Origin: Picochlorum sp. SENEW3
Taxonomy: Eukaryota
Direction: 5' to 3'
Length of the DNA stretch: 64,000 nt
Assembly: GCA_034226945.1 (NCBI GenBank)
Contig: CP120454.1
Coordinates: 434,001 to 498,000, forward strand
In this document: positions 1 through 12,100 of the stretch, one piece after another
Position numbering within the stretch: the first letter of the stretch is position 1
Layout: each line of letters begins with the position of its first letter
Notes under the pieces: model-generated
What the model was told of the DNA's origin: nothing
What the model saw: the letters and a program-made list of their open reading frames with translations, nothing else
The model's database searches: none
Translations under genes and position numbers: made by a program

Positions 1-225
1 AGTGGATGCGTCCTCCCTGTTGACTGCTTCCAGCACATCTGACACAAAGTCTCCATGTGCTACATGCCTGTCCAAGTAACATATAGCATGTTTCCTGTCT
101 AGTGTACCCCCTGTAGAGCCGCTCTCTCGGCAACAAGCTTCCCAATGGTCTCTCAGAACAGAAACGCTTGCCTGGCTACATTTGTCGCCATCAACGTACG
201 CTCGATAGCGATTCTTCTGCATCAT
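1..225 (-). CDS. 5' part of an unknown protein running off the window edge
   Basis: ATG at 225 followed by 75 open codons (MMQKNRYRAY...REDAST) to position 1; divergent from SMC1. No family recognised. Confidence 0.45.
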   Translation of the reverse strand, partial: MMQKNRYRAYVDGDKCSQASVSVLRDHWEACCRESGSTGGTLDRKHAICYLDRHVAHGDFVSDVLEAVNREDAST

Positions 226-630
226 TAAATATTCAACTAAAATAATAACACGTGTTTTTCATACCAAAAGATCGAGAGAAAGTTTGTCATGACGACACCT
301 GCAATGTGGTCAACCAACTGCCAACCCACCTCGCGACTGAAGTCGTCAATGACGCGATCCACGCTTTGAGCAAGTATAGAATCCATTGTCATACAAATTA
401 TATACTATTTGGAAATGCTCGGGTCAATTGTGTACACGCGTGAGTCGACATCATCCATCGGAACTGGCCATATAACCTCTGCATCAATATCTAAATTCCG
501 TATGAGCTCATTAAAAAAATGCGCCCTTGGACTCGTTTCAAAATTGAAATTCTCTCGTCTCCATACATGGTGAATTAAACGACGGAATCGTGTGCAGAAT
601 ATATTTGTGAATAGTAATGAAAATACCAAC

Positions 631-3600
631 ATGGTAGAAGAGAACAGAGAAGATACAGTGGTGGATGCAACTGTAGACGTTGCCAACGGGCAGTCTGACT
701 CTGAGGGAAGGAAGAGCGGGAGGGTCAAGGAGTTGGTCATTCAAGACTTTAAGTCTTACAAGGGAAAAGAGGTTGTCGGCCCCTTTAAAGATTTCACGAC
801 CATCATTGGTCCGAATGGTAGTGGGAAAAGTAACTTGATGGACGCGATTTCCTTCGTTCTTGGTATTCGCACTGGTGTCTTGCGAGGAAATTCCTTGAGG
901 GAATTGATATATGTGAATACGGATTCAGATGATCGGTGCGTCGCGTGAGACTATTTGGTTTGACTGTCGTGTTTCGAGGAAGAAGAGTTGTAACGCCATA
1001 TGCGTATGGTGCAGACCTGATAGAGCGGAAGTAACTCTCGTCTTTCAAACTGATGAGGGTAAGAAGGACGTTCTTTTCAGCAGAGCTATACTTCCGGTCA
1101 ATGGGGGAGAGAGTTATGTGAGTCAGTACAGGTTGGATGGAAAACCTGTTACAGCAGAGGCATACAATGCCAAATTGGAGGGTTTTGGAATTCTTGTGAA
1201 GGCTAGAAATTTTCTTGTGTTTCAGGGAGATATTGAAAACATAGCACAGATGACCCCGAAAGACTTGGCAAATTTGTTTGAGACTATTTCTGGATCTGCA
1301 GCATACAAGAAGGAGTACCAGGAAGCTGAGGGGAAGCTCAAAGATGCCGAATCAGCAATGGCCATCGTATTTAGCAAGAGAAAGGCTATTATGGCCGAGA
1401 AAAGACAAAAGAAAGAACAGAAGACTGAGGCTGAAAAGCATATTGCTTTGATGGAACAGCTGGAGGAGATGAAAGTGAGAAAGATTCTTTGGCAGTTGTA
1501 TCATCTCAGGCAAGACGAGAAGAAAGCACAAGAAGAATTAGATAAACTTAATAAGGATTTATCTGCAGCGGAGGTGGAGGCAGCAGAGTTATCGGAGGCA
1601 GTGGATCAGAAGAAGAGAAAGCATGCTAGCGTGGCCAAAGAGGCCCTTTTGATTGACAAGAAAATTAAGAAGAAGAAGGCAGAAATGGAGAAAAAGAGCC
1701 CTGAATTAATCAAGATTAAGGAACAGATTGCCCACCTTCAACGTAGGATAAAATCTGTCTCAAAAGAGAAGGAGCTTGCCTTGTCAAAGGCCCAGGAACA
1801 GTCAGAGCGGGTGGAAAACCTGAAGAATCAGGTCGCCAAACTGCAAAATGCTCAGCAGCAAGTCGAACTTGAGATTGAAGAAAGTAAAAAGTCACAGAAA
1901 AGCTTGAGTCCTGATCTCTTGAAAGAATATAACCGTATAAAGCAAGAATATGGATCAAGGGCATCAGCATTAGAGGCTGAAATTGCATCATTGAATGCTT
2001 CTGCCCAAGCTGATGAAGAATCTCTTAGAATTTTGGAAGATTTCAATACCTCGATAGATAAACGCATCATGCAAGTAAAGGAAAATTTGGATGCGGATAA
2101 AGAGAATATGGAGCGAGCTCAATCTTCGCTGGAGAAGATTGAAACAGATAGGCGCGAAGCGCTGAAACAAGTGGATGAATTGCGAGGACAACGACGAACT
2201 TTGGAAGCCAAAAAGTCACAATTAGAACGAAAGCTCGAAGAAACGGATGGAACGCTGAAGGAGGCCAAAGCAGAGACGAAACAAAGTCAAAGGGAAGAGA
2301 CTATGCGCAAGCTGGTAAGTGAGCTGAAGAGAATCCATCCAACATCTGTGTACGGGATGGTGACAGATCTCGCAGACCCAACATCTGACAAATACAAGTT
2401 AGCCATGAGCGTAGTAATGGGGCGAGACATTGATTCAGTCATAGTGGATACACCAGAAACTGCAATGAAATGCATTCAAGTGGTGAAAGAGCGCCGCTTA
2501 CCCCCTATGACCTTCCTTCCCGCAAATACTATACGAGTCAGGGAAATCAATCCTGCTCTCCGAGCTCTTGGAGGTACCTCAAAACTTGCGATAGATTGTC
2601 TAAAATTCAAGGATGATAGAAGTGTGAGGGCTTTCAAATCAATCTGCGGAGATTCCTTGCTCTGCGACACGGTTGAAGAAGCCCGCCAGCTTGCATACGA
2701 AGGCTCCGCAAGGCACAAAGTTATCGCACTAGATGGAACAGCATTTCTGAAGAATGGTCTGATCACAGGTGGAATGACAGCCGCAATGGAAGACCGTGCA
2801 AAAAAATGGGATCAAGAGAAGGTGGGCAAGCTGAAAGAGGCAAGAGCAAATGTAGCAAAGGAATTACTGTCGCTTCCACAATTACGTGACATTACTCAGC
2901 AGCTGCAAGCGACTGAGGCTAGGTCTGTCAGGCTGGAAAATGAATATACCTATGCAATTGCTGAACTGAAGTCGCTCACCGATAAGATCAAAGAGTCAGA
3001 ATCAAATATCAGAGTGCTTTCAAAGGAGAAGGCTGCAAAAGAACCTCAGGCAAACGCCCTGAAATCTCAACTACAGCAGCATATATCAAAGATGAACGAA
3101 ATTGGAGCCAAAATGGAGATGATTGCGGATAGGTGCTTCAAGGATTTTGTGCACAAGATTGGGGTTGGCTCAATAAAGGAGTACGAGGAGAAGCATCTCA
3201 AGGAAGTAGAGAGGCTGACTGAGAGGAGGGCTGCAATCATGTCTCAATGCTCTAGAGTCCAAAATCAGTTAGAGTATGAGATGTCTATGAAAGAGAAAGA
3301 CGAGATTCAGAAGACGGAGCAAAATTTAATCATGCTGAGGACAGCTTCTAGTGAACTTGAGAAGGAGGCATCAGATTTCAACCTGTACAATACAAAGGCC
3401 AAGGAGGAACTTCTGGAAATGGGCAAGCAGTGCGATGAGCTTAAGGGGCAACTGGGCAGTATCGATGCTGACTTACAGGAGTGGAAGGAAAAGTGTCGCA
3501 AAGCTACAGATATCCTTGCTTCCAAGAAGCGATCAATTTCATCACTCGAGTCCAAAATAGAGCAGATTAAGATGTCTCTGAGTGATTCCCTCGAGGCAGC

Positions 3601-4492
3601 GGAGCTTGAGAATCTATCTCTGCCCATAAAAGAAGGAAAGAGTAACAGATCCAAAAGAAAGAGGAACGAGAAACAGGACAAGCCATCAGATGGAGCATTT
3701 TCAATCCCTCGGGCGGAGGATTTGGACTTTGGTTCCTTGACAGGAGATGATCTACTCCGAGATGCGGCTTCTAGGCGTGGCAGAGAAAGCGAAATGGCTT
3801 CAGCTATCGATGAAGTCTCTAGTCAGCTCTCTGATATGGCTCCAAACTTGAAGGCTATGGAGCAATTTGAAGAAATCAAGGCGAGAGAGAAGGAACAATT
3901 AGAAGAGGTTGAGGTCAGCAAGAAAGAGCTCAAGCGCATGGAGGATGAATACAATCGCCTCAGACAAAGGCGATTTGATCTTTTCAATGCTGCTCTTAAT
4001 CATATCAGTGGATGCATCGACTCAATCTACAAAGAATTAACCAGAAGCTCATTGCACCCATCGGGCGGACAGGCATACCTGTCGCCAGAAAATGCCGAGG
4101 AGCCTTTCAACGGAGGCATTAAATTTAGTGCAATGCCACCAACAAAGAGATTCAGAGACATGGAGCAACTCTCCGGAGGAGAGAAAACTGTGGCCGCCTT
4201 GGCCCTTCTGTTTGCAGTTCATTCGTTCCATCCCTCTCCATTTTTTGTCCTGGATGAGATTGATGCTGCCCTGGATTCCTCAAACGTCGCGCGTGTAGCG
4301 TTGTACCTGCGATCTAAGACAAGGGCTGGAAGCGAAGGAGCATTCCAAGGTATCGTCATCTCACTAAAAGACGTGTTCTATGAAAAAGCAGATGCCCTGG
4401 TAGGTGTGTGTCGAGAACCCAAGCATGGGGCATCATCTACCCTCACCTTTGATTTAGAGAAATTCGACCCACCCATCGGAGCTGCAATATAG
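631..4492 (+). CDS. SMC1: Cohesin subunit SMC1 (2 exons; intron 936-1014)
   Basis: Walker [17 protein letters not shown], long coiled coils, hinge, LSGGEKT signature and [12 protein letters not shown]alker B. A GTGCGT...TGCAG intron joins ORFs 592..948 and 929..4492 in frame. Confidence 0.95.
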
Positions 4493-4591
4493 TGTTATGC
4501 AATTATAATGATTAAACTGTGTAATCATGAGTAGAACGGAGAGAATCGTCCCTGCCTGCATCCGGACTAGATACAGACTTTTTCTTTTAGA

Positions 4592-6337
4592 ATGAATAGC
4601 CTTCGGCATACATTCCACAGTGCTTGTATTCGTTCATATGCTCGATGTGTGGCTAATTATAGCATCCATGGTGTCAGTAACACAGTTTTACCCAATGATG
4701 GGTTGGAACTGTCAGACTTTTTCAAGTCACAAGCAGGTCACGAGCGAGAACAATGTAGGCCCTCTGATGGGGATCAGACCGGTCGAAACTACTTTATAGA
4801 AACCTATGGATGTCAGATGAACGTCAATGATAGCGAGGTCGTAGGAAAACTGCTGCAAGACAAGGGGTATTCTGTAGCCCCATCTGCAGAAGAGGCTGAT
4901 GTTGTATTATTGAATACATGTGCGATACGCGAGAATGCGGAATCAAAAATTTGGCAAAGACTTGGGTATTTTAAGAACTTGAAGCTTGCTATGAAACAAA
5001 AGCGTGCTAGTCATGTAAAAAAGGATCAAATTGTAGGGGTCCTTGGATGCATGGCAGAGAGGCTGAAGCACAAGCTTCTTGAGTCAGATAAGCTCGTTGA
5101 TATGGTAGTGGGTCCAGATGCATACCGAGACCTTCCCAGATTGATTGATATTGTGTCTCCGCAGACTGAAGGATCGTATCAGAACAAAGCCATGAATGTT
5201 CAACTGAGTGCTGATGAGACCTATGCTGATGTTATTCCTGTACGGCAGGGTGGCACCAACTCTGTGTTTCTCTCTATTATGCGTGGTTGCAATAATATGT
5301 GTTCATTTTGCGTTGTTCCATTCACGAGAGGGAGAGAGCGAAGTCGACCGATGAAGAGCATCCTAGAGGAGGTCAGATATCTCTCTGACAACGGAGTGAA
5401 GGAAGTGACTCTGCTTGGTCAGAATGTAAATAGTTATGCTGATTTCAGTGAACGGGAGAAGATGATTTTCAAACCGGATCCTTTCAAAGACTATTTCGGG
5501 GAGAATTACGCCAAGGGCTTTACGACAGTGTACAAACCTCTGCGAGAAGGGGCAATAAATTTTGCGGAACTGTTGAGCGAAGTGGCTTCCGTGGATCCTG
5601 AGATGCGGATTCGATTCACCTCCCCTCATCCGAAAGATTTCTCAGATGATGTGATTAGCGCCATCAAGTCTCATGACAATATTTGCAAGCAGTTGCACAT
5701 GCCAGCACAATCAGGGTCAACAAATGTCTTGAAAAGAATGAATCGTGGATACTCTAGAGAGGCATACGATGACCTAGTAGCCCACATCCGGTCCCAAATA
5801 CCAGGGGCTGCCTTATCTACAGACATGATTGCAGGATTTTGCGGAGAAACTGAGGAGGATCACCAGGCTAGCGTGGATCTCATGCGATCAATCAAGTATG
5901 ACTTGGGCTTTCTGTTTGCATATAGCCGAAGAGGCAAGACTCACGCTGCAAAAAAGTATGTTGATGATGTCCCTGAAGACGTTAAAAAACAAAGATTACA
6001 AGAATTGATATTCGAGTACCGGCAAGGCTTGTCAGATTTGGCTGCAGATGAAGTTGGAAGGCGACATATTGTCCTTGTTGAGGGACCTGCCAGAAAATCA
6101 GAGAATCAATTGACAGGAAGAACGGACACTTTCAAACGTGTTGTTTTTAGCAACATAAAAGTTCCAAGTTCGTACTTGAATGGATCGGCTGAACCAGTAT
6201 CTCTACAGGCAGGTGACTATGTCGCAGTCCAGATTGTTGGTGGTGGCACAGGAGCAACCTTAAAAGGGACTCCTCTTGGCCGCACAACTATTCAGGAATT
6301 TACTGCTTTACATGGTACTACAGTACCACTTACCTAA
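4592..6337 (+). CDS. miaB: tRNA methylthiotransferase, MiaB/CDK5RAP1 type (radical SAM), probably organellar
   Basis: ETYGCQMN, NTCAIRE, CNNMCSFC (CxxxCxxC), RFTSPHP, C-terminal TRAM-like region and an N-terminal presequence. Confidence 0.92.
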   Translation: MNSLRHTFHSACIRSYARCVANYSIHGVSNTVLPNDGLELSDFFKSQAGHEREQCRPSDGDQTGRNYFIETYGCQMNVNDSEVVGKLLQDKGYSVAPSAEEADVVLLNTCAIRENAESKIWQRLGYFKNLKLAMKQKRASHVKKDQIVGVLGCMAERLKHKLLESDKLVDMVVGPDAYRDLPRLIDIVSPQTEGSYQNKAMNVQLSADETYADVIPVRQGGTNSVFLSIMRGCNNMCSFCVVPFTRGRERSRPMKSILEEVRYLSDNGVKEVTLLGQNVNSYADFSEREKMIFKPDPFKDYFGENYAKGFTTVYKPLREGAINFAELLSEVASVDPEMRIRFTSPHPKDFSDDVISAIKSHDNICKQLHMPAQSGSTNVLKRMNRGYSREAYDDLVAHIRSQIPGAALSTDMIAGFCGETEEDHQASVDLMRSIKYDLGFLFAYSRRGKTHAAKKYVDDVPEDVKKQRLQELIFEYRQGLSDLAADEVGRRHIVLVEGPARKSENQLTGRTDTFKRVVFSNIKVPSSYLNGSAEPVSLQAGDYVAVQIVGGGTGATLKGTPLGRTTIQEFTALHGTTVPLT

Positions 6338-6397
6338 ATGAAGTGTCATCATATAATATTCAATATAATTAGAAACTTCTCATCGATAGTATGGTTG

Positions 6398-7360
6398 TCA
6401 CACCATCTCCTTGATGGCAGCATTTGCCGCATCTATAGATTCTTTTGTTGTTGCAAATGGGTTGCTGGCATGTTCTGCTAGCTGCTGATACTCGTCATCT
6501 ATCGTCGGACCATCAATCATATCTTCCTCTTGTGCTTGTTCTTCATCACCTGGACAATGGGATTTGTGAGAATCATCATCATTACCATTGGCATGTTCTG
6601 TGGGACAGTCACCTTCAGTCTTTCTCTCCCACGCACTCTGGAAGGGAGGATCAAAGCTTGAAACTTCTTTGAACGACTCTCTCATACCGTGTGCAATAAT
6701 TATATTTGCACTCGCATCTAGCCGCGAATCGCCTTCAAACAATGCATTCTCTTTATATCCCACACTGGATGATCCATGGGCTGGTATCATATCGGGGATT
6801 TGATCATCGTTCTCCTTCCTTGAAAGCCCTCTCTTTTCACTGAAATTGACTGGAAGGGGTGACTCTGGGTCTGTAACATTGGAAAGCGACGCAATGCTCC
6901 GTCTCCAACTAGGTATTGCTTCCTCACCTTGGCTCAGCGTTGATGTCCTGGTTCTCAATAACGCTGTACTCTTATCAATAGATGCTGATAGGCATCTCAT
7001 AGACCCATTCTCTAGTGGTCCAGGAGGTCGCGGTTGTTGAGATGAAGATTCAGAATTCACACTTGATTGCTTACGCCCTCCTTCATCACTCTCCTCGTTC
7101 TCTTGCCCATGTGCAAACACTGCTGACTTAATAAGACAATCCACGTCAGGAATCTCCCCCAATGCCTTATCCTTGTACCTATTTCGATATTCCATGTCAT
7201 ATTTCCTTTGCTTACGTCGCCGTATCCACACAAAGCATTGGCTTGAGCCAAATCCAACGACAAAGCCCAGCAACAACAGGATAAAGATCGATGCTCCTAC
7301 ATTCGCACTGCCCAGGAGCGTATCAGAACCACTGCAATGGTATTGCAATAGTTTTCGCAT
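6398..7360 (-). CDS. Unknown single-pass membrane protein with a disordered acidic tail
   Basis: 320-aa ORF with one hydrophobic helix (IFILLLLGFVVGFG) followed by basic RRRKQRK. Confidence 0.6.
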   Translation of the reverse strand: MRKLLQYHCSGSDTLLGSANVGASIFILLLLGFVVGFGSSQCFVWIRRRKQRKYDMEYRNRYKDKALGEIPDVDCLIKSAVFAHGQENEESDEGGRKQSSVNSESSSQQPRPPGPLENGSMRCLSASIDKSTALLRTRTSTLSQGEEAIPSWRRSIASLSNVTDPESPLPVNFSEKRGLSRKENDDQIPDMIPAHGSSSVGYKENALFEGDSRLDASANIIIAHGMRESFKEVSSFDPPFQSAWERKTEGDCPTEHANGNDDDSHKSHCPGDEEQAQEEDMIDGPTIDDEYQQLAEHASNPFATTKESIDAANAAIKEMV

Positions 7361-7902
7361 CGTAATCTGTGATGGATACGCTGGTGTAGCTCATATCACA
7401 ACCACCAACCAACGACGTTGCTCGCCTCGAAACTGTCAGACTACCAATTCACGCTTCTCTGGTGTCTGGATCCCTTCAATATTATCTAAATTATACAAGT
7501 ATCAGAAAATAGGTAGAATCAAGTGTCTGAATGTGAGCGAACCCGCACAAAGCCTGTCCCTCTCTGAATACCTATCGCAAGCGTCCTCAGCAGCGTCGAA
7601 AAGAATAATTTCCTCAATCTTTCGAAAATTTGAATACTAATTTACATCTAGATGGATAATTCACCGTAATTTACCATGTTGAGAGAGTATCCGATTGCAG
7701 GGATTTTCCGAGTCAACCATGGTTGACCAACCTTGATGGCTGCAGGGATGACGCTGCCTCGTACCAGTGTATATTGATATTATCAGTTGACGATGGGGTC
7801 TTATCTTTCATCAGGATCATGGGGAATGTACAACAAAATAGACTTTTACCAAGTGGAACAAGAATCTCTACAAAACATTTGGCTTGTTTGTGATTGATAC
7901 AA

Positions 7903-9195
7903 ATGACTGTGGACAAGAGCTCTGTGGATCTCTTGGTCCAAAAGGTATCCAAATGCTTGAATCTACAGGAGAAGTATACACATGTGGATATATCAGTTCA
8001 AGACGCCTGTATACGGAAGGAAATCTTGGCACTCGTAGAGCAAGAATCGATTAATTGGATGACCAGTTTGGAACTTCTTGCCAAGCGAATTGATGCATTC
8101 CTGGGAGCTGTTCATGGTAAAAGGGGCAAGAAAAATAAGAGGGAAGAATTGAAAATGTCCAAGCTAGATGAATGGTATCTTGTTCAACAGCATTTGGCAA
8201 AGGAGGAGCATGAGAAGGAGAAGGAGCAAGAGAAGCAGAGGCGTCAGCACATGGTTGAATGCCAGCAGAAGAGGAAAGAGCATTTGCTGGAGGCTTCTCG
8301 CAAAAAGAAGGAGGAAAAAAGAAGGAAAAAAGAAGAATGCATTCGCCTCAAAGAAGAGGTGAGAAGGGCCAAGGAAGATGATGAGAAAGCAAAACTGCAA
8401 CAGAGGCTTCGGGCCAATCAACTGAAAAATGACAGGCAAGCTCAGATAGAATTGGAGAGAGAAAAGAAGAGCATCGCAACAACCCTGAAATCCCTTGTTG
8501 ATGAAAAGGAGAAGAAATCGATTGCAGATGCGTTGGAAAAAGAGCAACAGATGCGTCGTACTGCAAAGATGCAAGCTGTCAAAGAGTTGGAATCTGTCTA
8601 CCAGGAGAACAAACAACTGCAAAGAAAGAAGAAGGAAGAGAAAGAAGCCGAGAAAGAGGAGAGTAAACGTTGCATGGAAGAATACACGAGAATGCTCCTC
8701 AAACAAGAGGATGAGAGAAGGATGCAGTTGAAAAAGATTCAGGAAATCCAGGACAGACAGGAAATGATTTCCATGTCAAACAGCACATGCACGAAAAGAT
8801 GGATCGACGACGCCTTGGTTGAAAAACAGACAAAAGAAAACGACATGAAGTACATGGTGGAATCAAAAGCGAAAACAGAGAAAAAGGCAAGGGCCAACGA
8901 AGAATGCATTGAGATTCTCAACCGGCAGGTCCAAGAGAAGCTGGAGAGGCAGAAGGAGCAAGCACAGATGAAAGAGTCGGAGCGCCTCAGATTGGCAGGA
9001 ATGAAAAAAGAGTCAAACATTAAGCAGCATCTAGCCATCCAAAAGGCCTCGGATGCATGCATCAAGTTGAAAGAAGGCCTTGATACGCAAATCAGAGAGC
9101 AACGAAAAGCCAAAATGTCAAGGATTGGCATGAATTCAATGGAACGAAGGCTTAATGCGAAAATTTTACGAAAAGCACTTGCACAAGAGAGATGA
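7903..9195 (+). CDS. Long E/K/R/Q-rich coiled-coil protein (trichohyalin/TPH-like)
   Basis: About 430-aa charged helical ORF with a DEW motif near the N-terminus and MNSMERRLNAKIL at the end. Start uncertain. Confidence 0.65.
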   Translation: MTVDKSSVDLLVQKVSKCLNLQEKYTHVDISVQDACIRKEILALVEQESINWMTSLELLAKRIDAFLGAVHGKRGKKNKREELKMSKLDEWYLVQQHLAKEEHEKEKEQEKQRRQHMVECQQKRKEHLLEASRKKKEEKRRKKEECIRLKEEVRRAKEDDEKAKLQQRLRANQLKNDRQAQIELEREKKSIATTLKSLVDEKEKKSIADALEKEQQMRRTAKMQAVKELESVYQENKQLQRKKKEEKEAEKEESKRCMEEYTRMLLKQEDERRMQLKKIQEIQDRQEMISMSNSTCTKRWIDDALVEKQTKENDMKYMVESKAKTEKKARANEECIEILNRQVQEKLERQKEQAQMKESERLRLAGMKKESNIKQHLAIQKASDACIKLKEGLDTQIREQRKAKMSRIGMNSMERRLNAKILRKALAQER

Positions 9196-9202
9196 GAAAA
9201 TA

Positions 9203-10029
9203 TTATACAAGAATACATGCGTCCTGTTCATCCTCAGAATAGCTGACTTGGACATCGTCTGTGTCCATTGGTGTATGGCATACAACATCACTATAGGTTA
9301 TTCCCCTTATTGTGGTATTGCTCTTCTGATTTCCACTACCAACCATTGCATAGTCGTCTTCTAGGTCAGCCCACCTTCCCAACTTGAGATCAGGCAACAT
9401 GGGTGACTCTGAGCACTCTTTCCCATGTTGAGGTGACGAATGGCCCCCTCTTTCTCTCTTTGCAACCACGTGGGCACTATGGAATATCCGTGGCAGTGTT
9501 CCTTTCTTCAAGTTTTTGTCTTTTCCTTTCCCCACTGCCACTTGCTTCCCGTTTTTTGACCCATGTGAGCCAGAATCAGTTGCAACTCCAGGAGACACAT
9601 CCACGCTGGCAGACACATTTGCAGCTGACGTGTCTGGCAAATCCCAGTCATGGAGTCTCCTCCTCCATTTGCGGACCTGACCATCAAAAGCCCTTTTACT
9701 ACACTTTTGATACACATCAGGTGTTCTGGGCAGACCCTTGGATCGCTTATGTTTCGGATATTGCTCCAAATACCTCTGATACCCAATCGTGTTCTTCCCA
9801 AAGTCGATTTGACGCTGCCTTTGAGAAATACGATGAGGATCTGTCTCTCTATCCAGTTCTGTCTTTGAAGAATCTGCATAGAGTACAGTCGGTGAGAGTC
9901 AAAAATTCAAATGATGCCATTGTTAGTTCGTGAACGACCACGTCTGTGATAAAACGCACCTTCAGGCTCCTCCACCACCACGAAATCTTCACTAAAATCC
10001 TTTATATCTGATTTATCAGCACCACGCAT
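9203..10029 (-). CDS. SLBP: Histone mRNA stem-loop binding protein (2 exons; intron 9959-9874)
   Basis: Spliced product contains ETDPHRISQRQRQIDFGKNTIGYQRY...PRTPDVYQKCSKRAFDGQVRKWRRRLHDWD, the SLBP RNA-binding domain. Confidence 0.9.
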
Positions 10030-10365
10030 GATGAAATGATGTGTGTCGACGAAACAAAAGATGACAGTTCCTCAATGCCTCTAAATCTTCTAACCTGTTC
10101 TCTCTGTATCTCTCTCGGAATACTCGTAGGGCGTCAGAATTTGTTGTATAATATTATTTACAGATGAAATGGCTCCTTGCGTTCGTTCATTGATTCACCA
10201 TCGCAATGGGAGTCTGGTCGGTTTTTAAATCCTTTTTCCTGCTTTAAAAAAACCACCAGAAACCATGGCGATACAATACATGCATTCATCACGGGATCCA
10301 CACAATATCATGAGCAGTATCAGAGACTGGCCATGACACTCCTGCTACTGATGTCAATTCTGCTG

Positions 10366-11164
10366 CTATTTCTCCTTTGCTCCATCTTGCTGGCTTGCTG
10401 CAGCTCCATCTTTCTTTAATCTCCTCTGAGCCCTGAGTGCACTCAGCTCTTCCTCAGTGTATGGAACATATCCCCTCGGAGCAGTCCTTTGAGGCCTGTC
10501 TGCCACATTATACTTGTGTTGCGTGCGACTTCGCTCTGTGTATCCAGCCCATAGAGCAAAATGGTGCAGCACGATTGATGTCGCCACAGCAACATTGAGG
10601 CTTGCTGTCCCCACGCCATATTGGGGAATATACACAAATGAATCACACAGCTTCATCTGTTTTTCATTCATTCCTTGGCCTTCATTTCCCAGCATCAATG
10701 CTGTGTTACCAGAAAATGGATGAGTTTGAATGGCCTTGGCCTCATCATCTATTTCAATCCCCACAATTGTACATCCTGCATGTAGTTTGTCAAATAAGAA
10801 TACACGTTGTTATTCATTACGGCACCAATACCAGAGATGAAAGCAAGTACTTACCATGATCCTCTTTCAATGTTCTACAACACTCTTCCAGAGTCTCAAA
10901 ATGCCTCAAATGTACGTATGCATCAGATCCATGGCTACCAAATGTGTTAAAATTCCTAGAGCCCACCAAGCATACTGTCTTCACATCAAAGGCAGTAGCA
11001 CACCTACAGTAACGCTCGTCATGAATTTTCTTCCTTACTAGAAACCGTGTCCTTTGTCAAACAGAATCAACCATGCCAACCCACCTCAGAATAGTCCCAA
11101 TATTGTGTTTCTTACTGACATTGAAGAGAATGAGGTAACACTCGGGCTTTTTCTGGTTCTCCAT
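10366..11164 (-). CDS. SpoU/TrmH-family RNA methyltransferase (3 exons)
   Basis: NVSKKHNIGTILR in exon 1; LMLGNEGQG and IPQYGVGTASLNVAVA SPOUT motifs; two GT-AG introns. Confidence 0.85.
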
Positions 11165-11542
11165 ATTTTATTTATGAACAATAATGAATGCTCAACAATG
11201 CGTCCACCGTATGAGGCGATCGCTGTGTATTTTCCAGTTTTACATGTGCATGGCAAATGCCATTCGATCCGAAATCTTCTCTTTTATATGGCGCAGATAA
11301 TGTTCTGAGATGTGTCAGACAAATGTATTACTTCAAATGATAGATGCATGTTTTTACGTGCACACCATTGGCATTGTGGGTATAGAATGGATCCAGCGAC
11401 TGGCTGATCGTTGCATCTCAACATTCATGAATTCATGATGACCCTGATCAGGGTCTCGTGATTGAGAAGGGCTATGAGCAGTAGAAGTAGTACCAGCATG
11501 AATATCCTGACACATTTCTGTGATCCTTCTCATCCTTTTTCG

Positions 11543-11971
11543 TCACGAACATGTACCCACAATGCAGCCAGCTCTCCCACATGCAGGGAGTCCATTGACA
11601 TCATAGATCAAGGTGTATGTACCCTTCTTGTACAGCTCGCATGTTGCATATGTCCCAGCACTGTTACCAGACGTAACTGTTCTCCAGGCTCCACACGTGC
11701 TCTTATCTTTTAGACATGCCTTGTTGCACTCGCCATGGATTTTCTTGTGGAGTTTCCCCATGGGGTCGTACGGCAACACGACGGGCGGTTTAATTTCGTG
11801 ATTAGCGTTGTACTTGAAGTAAGGACCTTGCTTTGAATCAATAGTAGAGACATTTTTGATTCTTTTACATCTTCTCTTGGCAACCGTAACGTCTACGAGC
11901 AAGAGGCCCATGGCGAGACAGGTTCTAAGAAGCCTCGACAAGACTGAATCTTTGATATTTACACGGGTCAT
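11543..11971 (-). CDS. Small secreted cysteine-containing protein, PAN/apple-like
   Basis: Signal-like hydrophobic stretch followed by the pattern CNKAC-x6-CGAW...CELY. Confidence 0.55.
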   Translation of the reverse strand: MTRVNIKDSVLSRLLRTCLAMGLLLVDVTVAKRRCKRIKNVSTIDSKQGPYFKYNANHEIKPPVVLPYDPMGKLHKKIHGECNKACLKDKSTCGAWRTVTSGNSAGTYATCELYKKGTYTLIYDVNGLPACGRAGCIVGTCS

Positions 11972-12100
11972 AGTACGAGTTACATGCCGATGCAGTGAAA
12001 AAAGGGTCAATTGGAATGCAACAACAAAGGTGTTTGGCCACCCACGAAGCTTCATGGTAAACACCTCGACATTCATCTTAGAGCAAGATCTCGCAGAGAT

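Noticed and set aside
592..1048. Split or frameshifted SMC1
   Set aside because: Explained by the 79-nt intron 936-1014.
8164..9218. Long hydrophobic antisense ORFs (also many opposite SMC1, the NRPS and the 5-phosphatase)
   Set aside because: They are shadows of real genes on the opposite strand, with no independent motifs.
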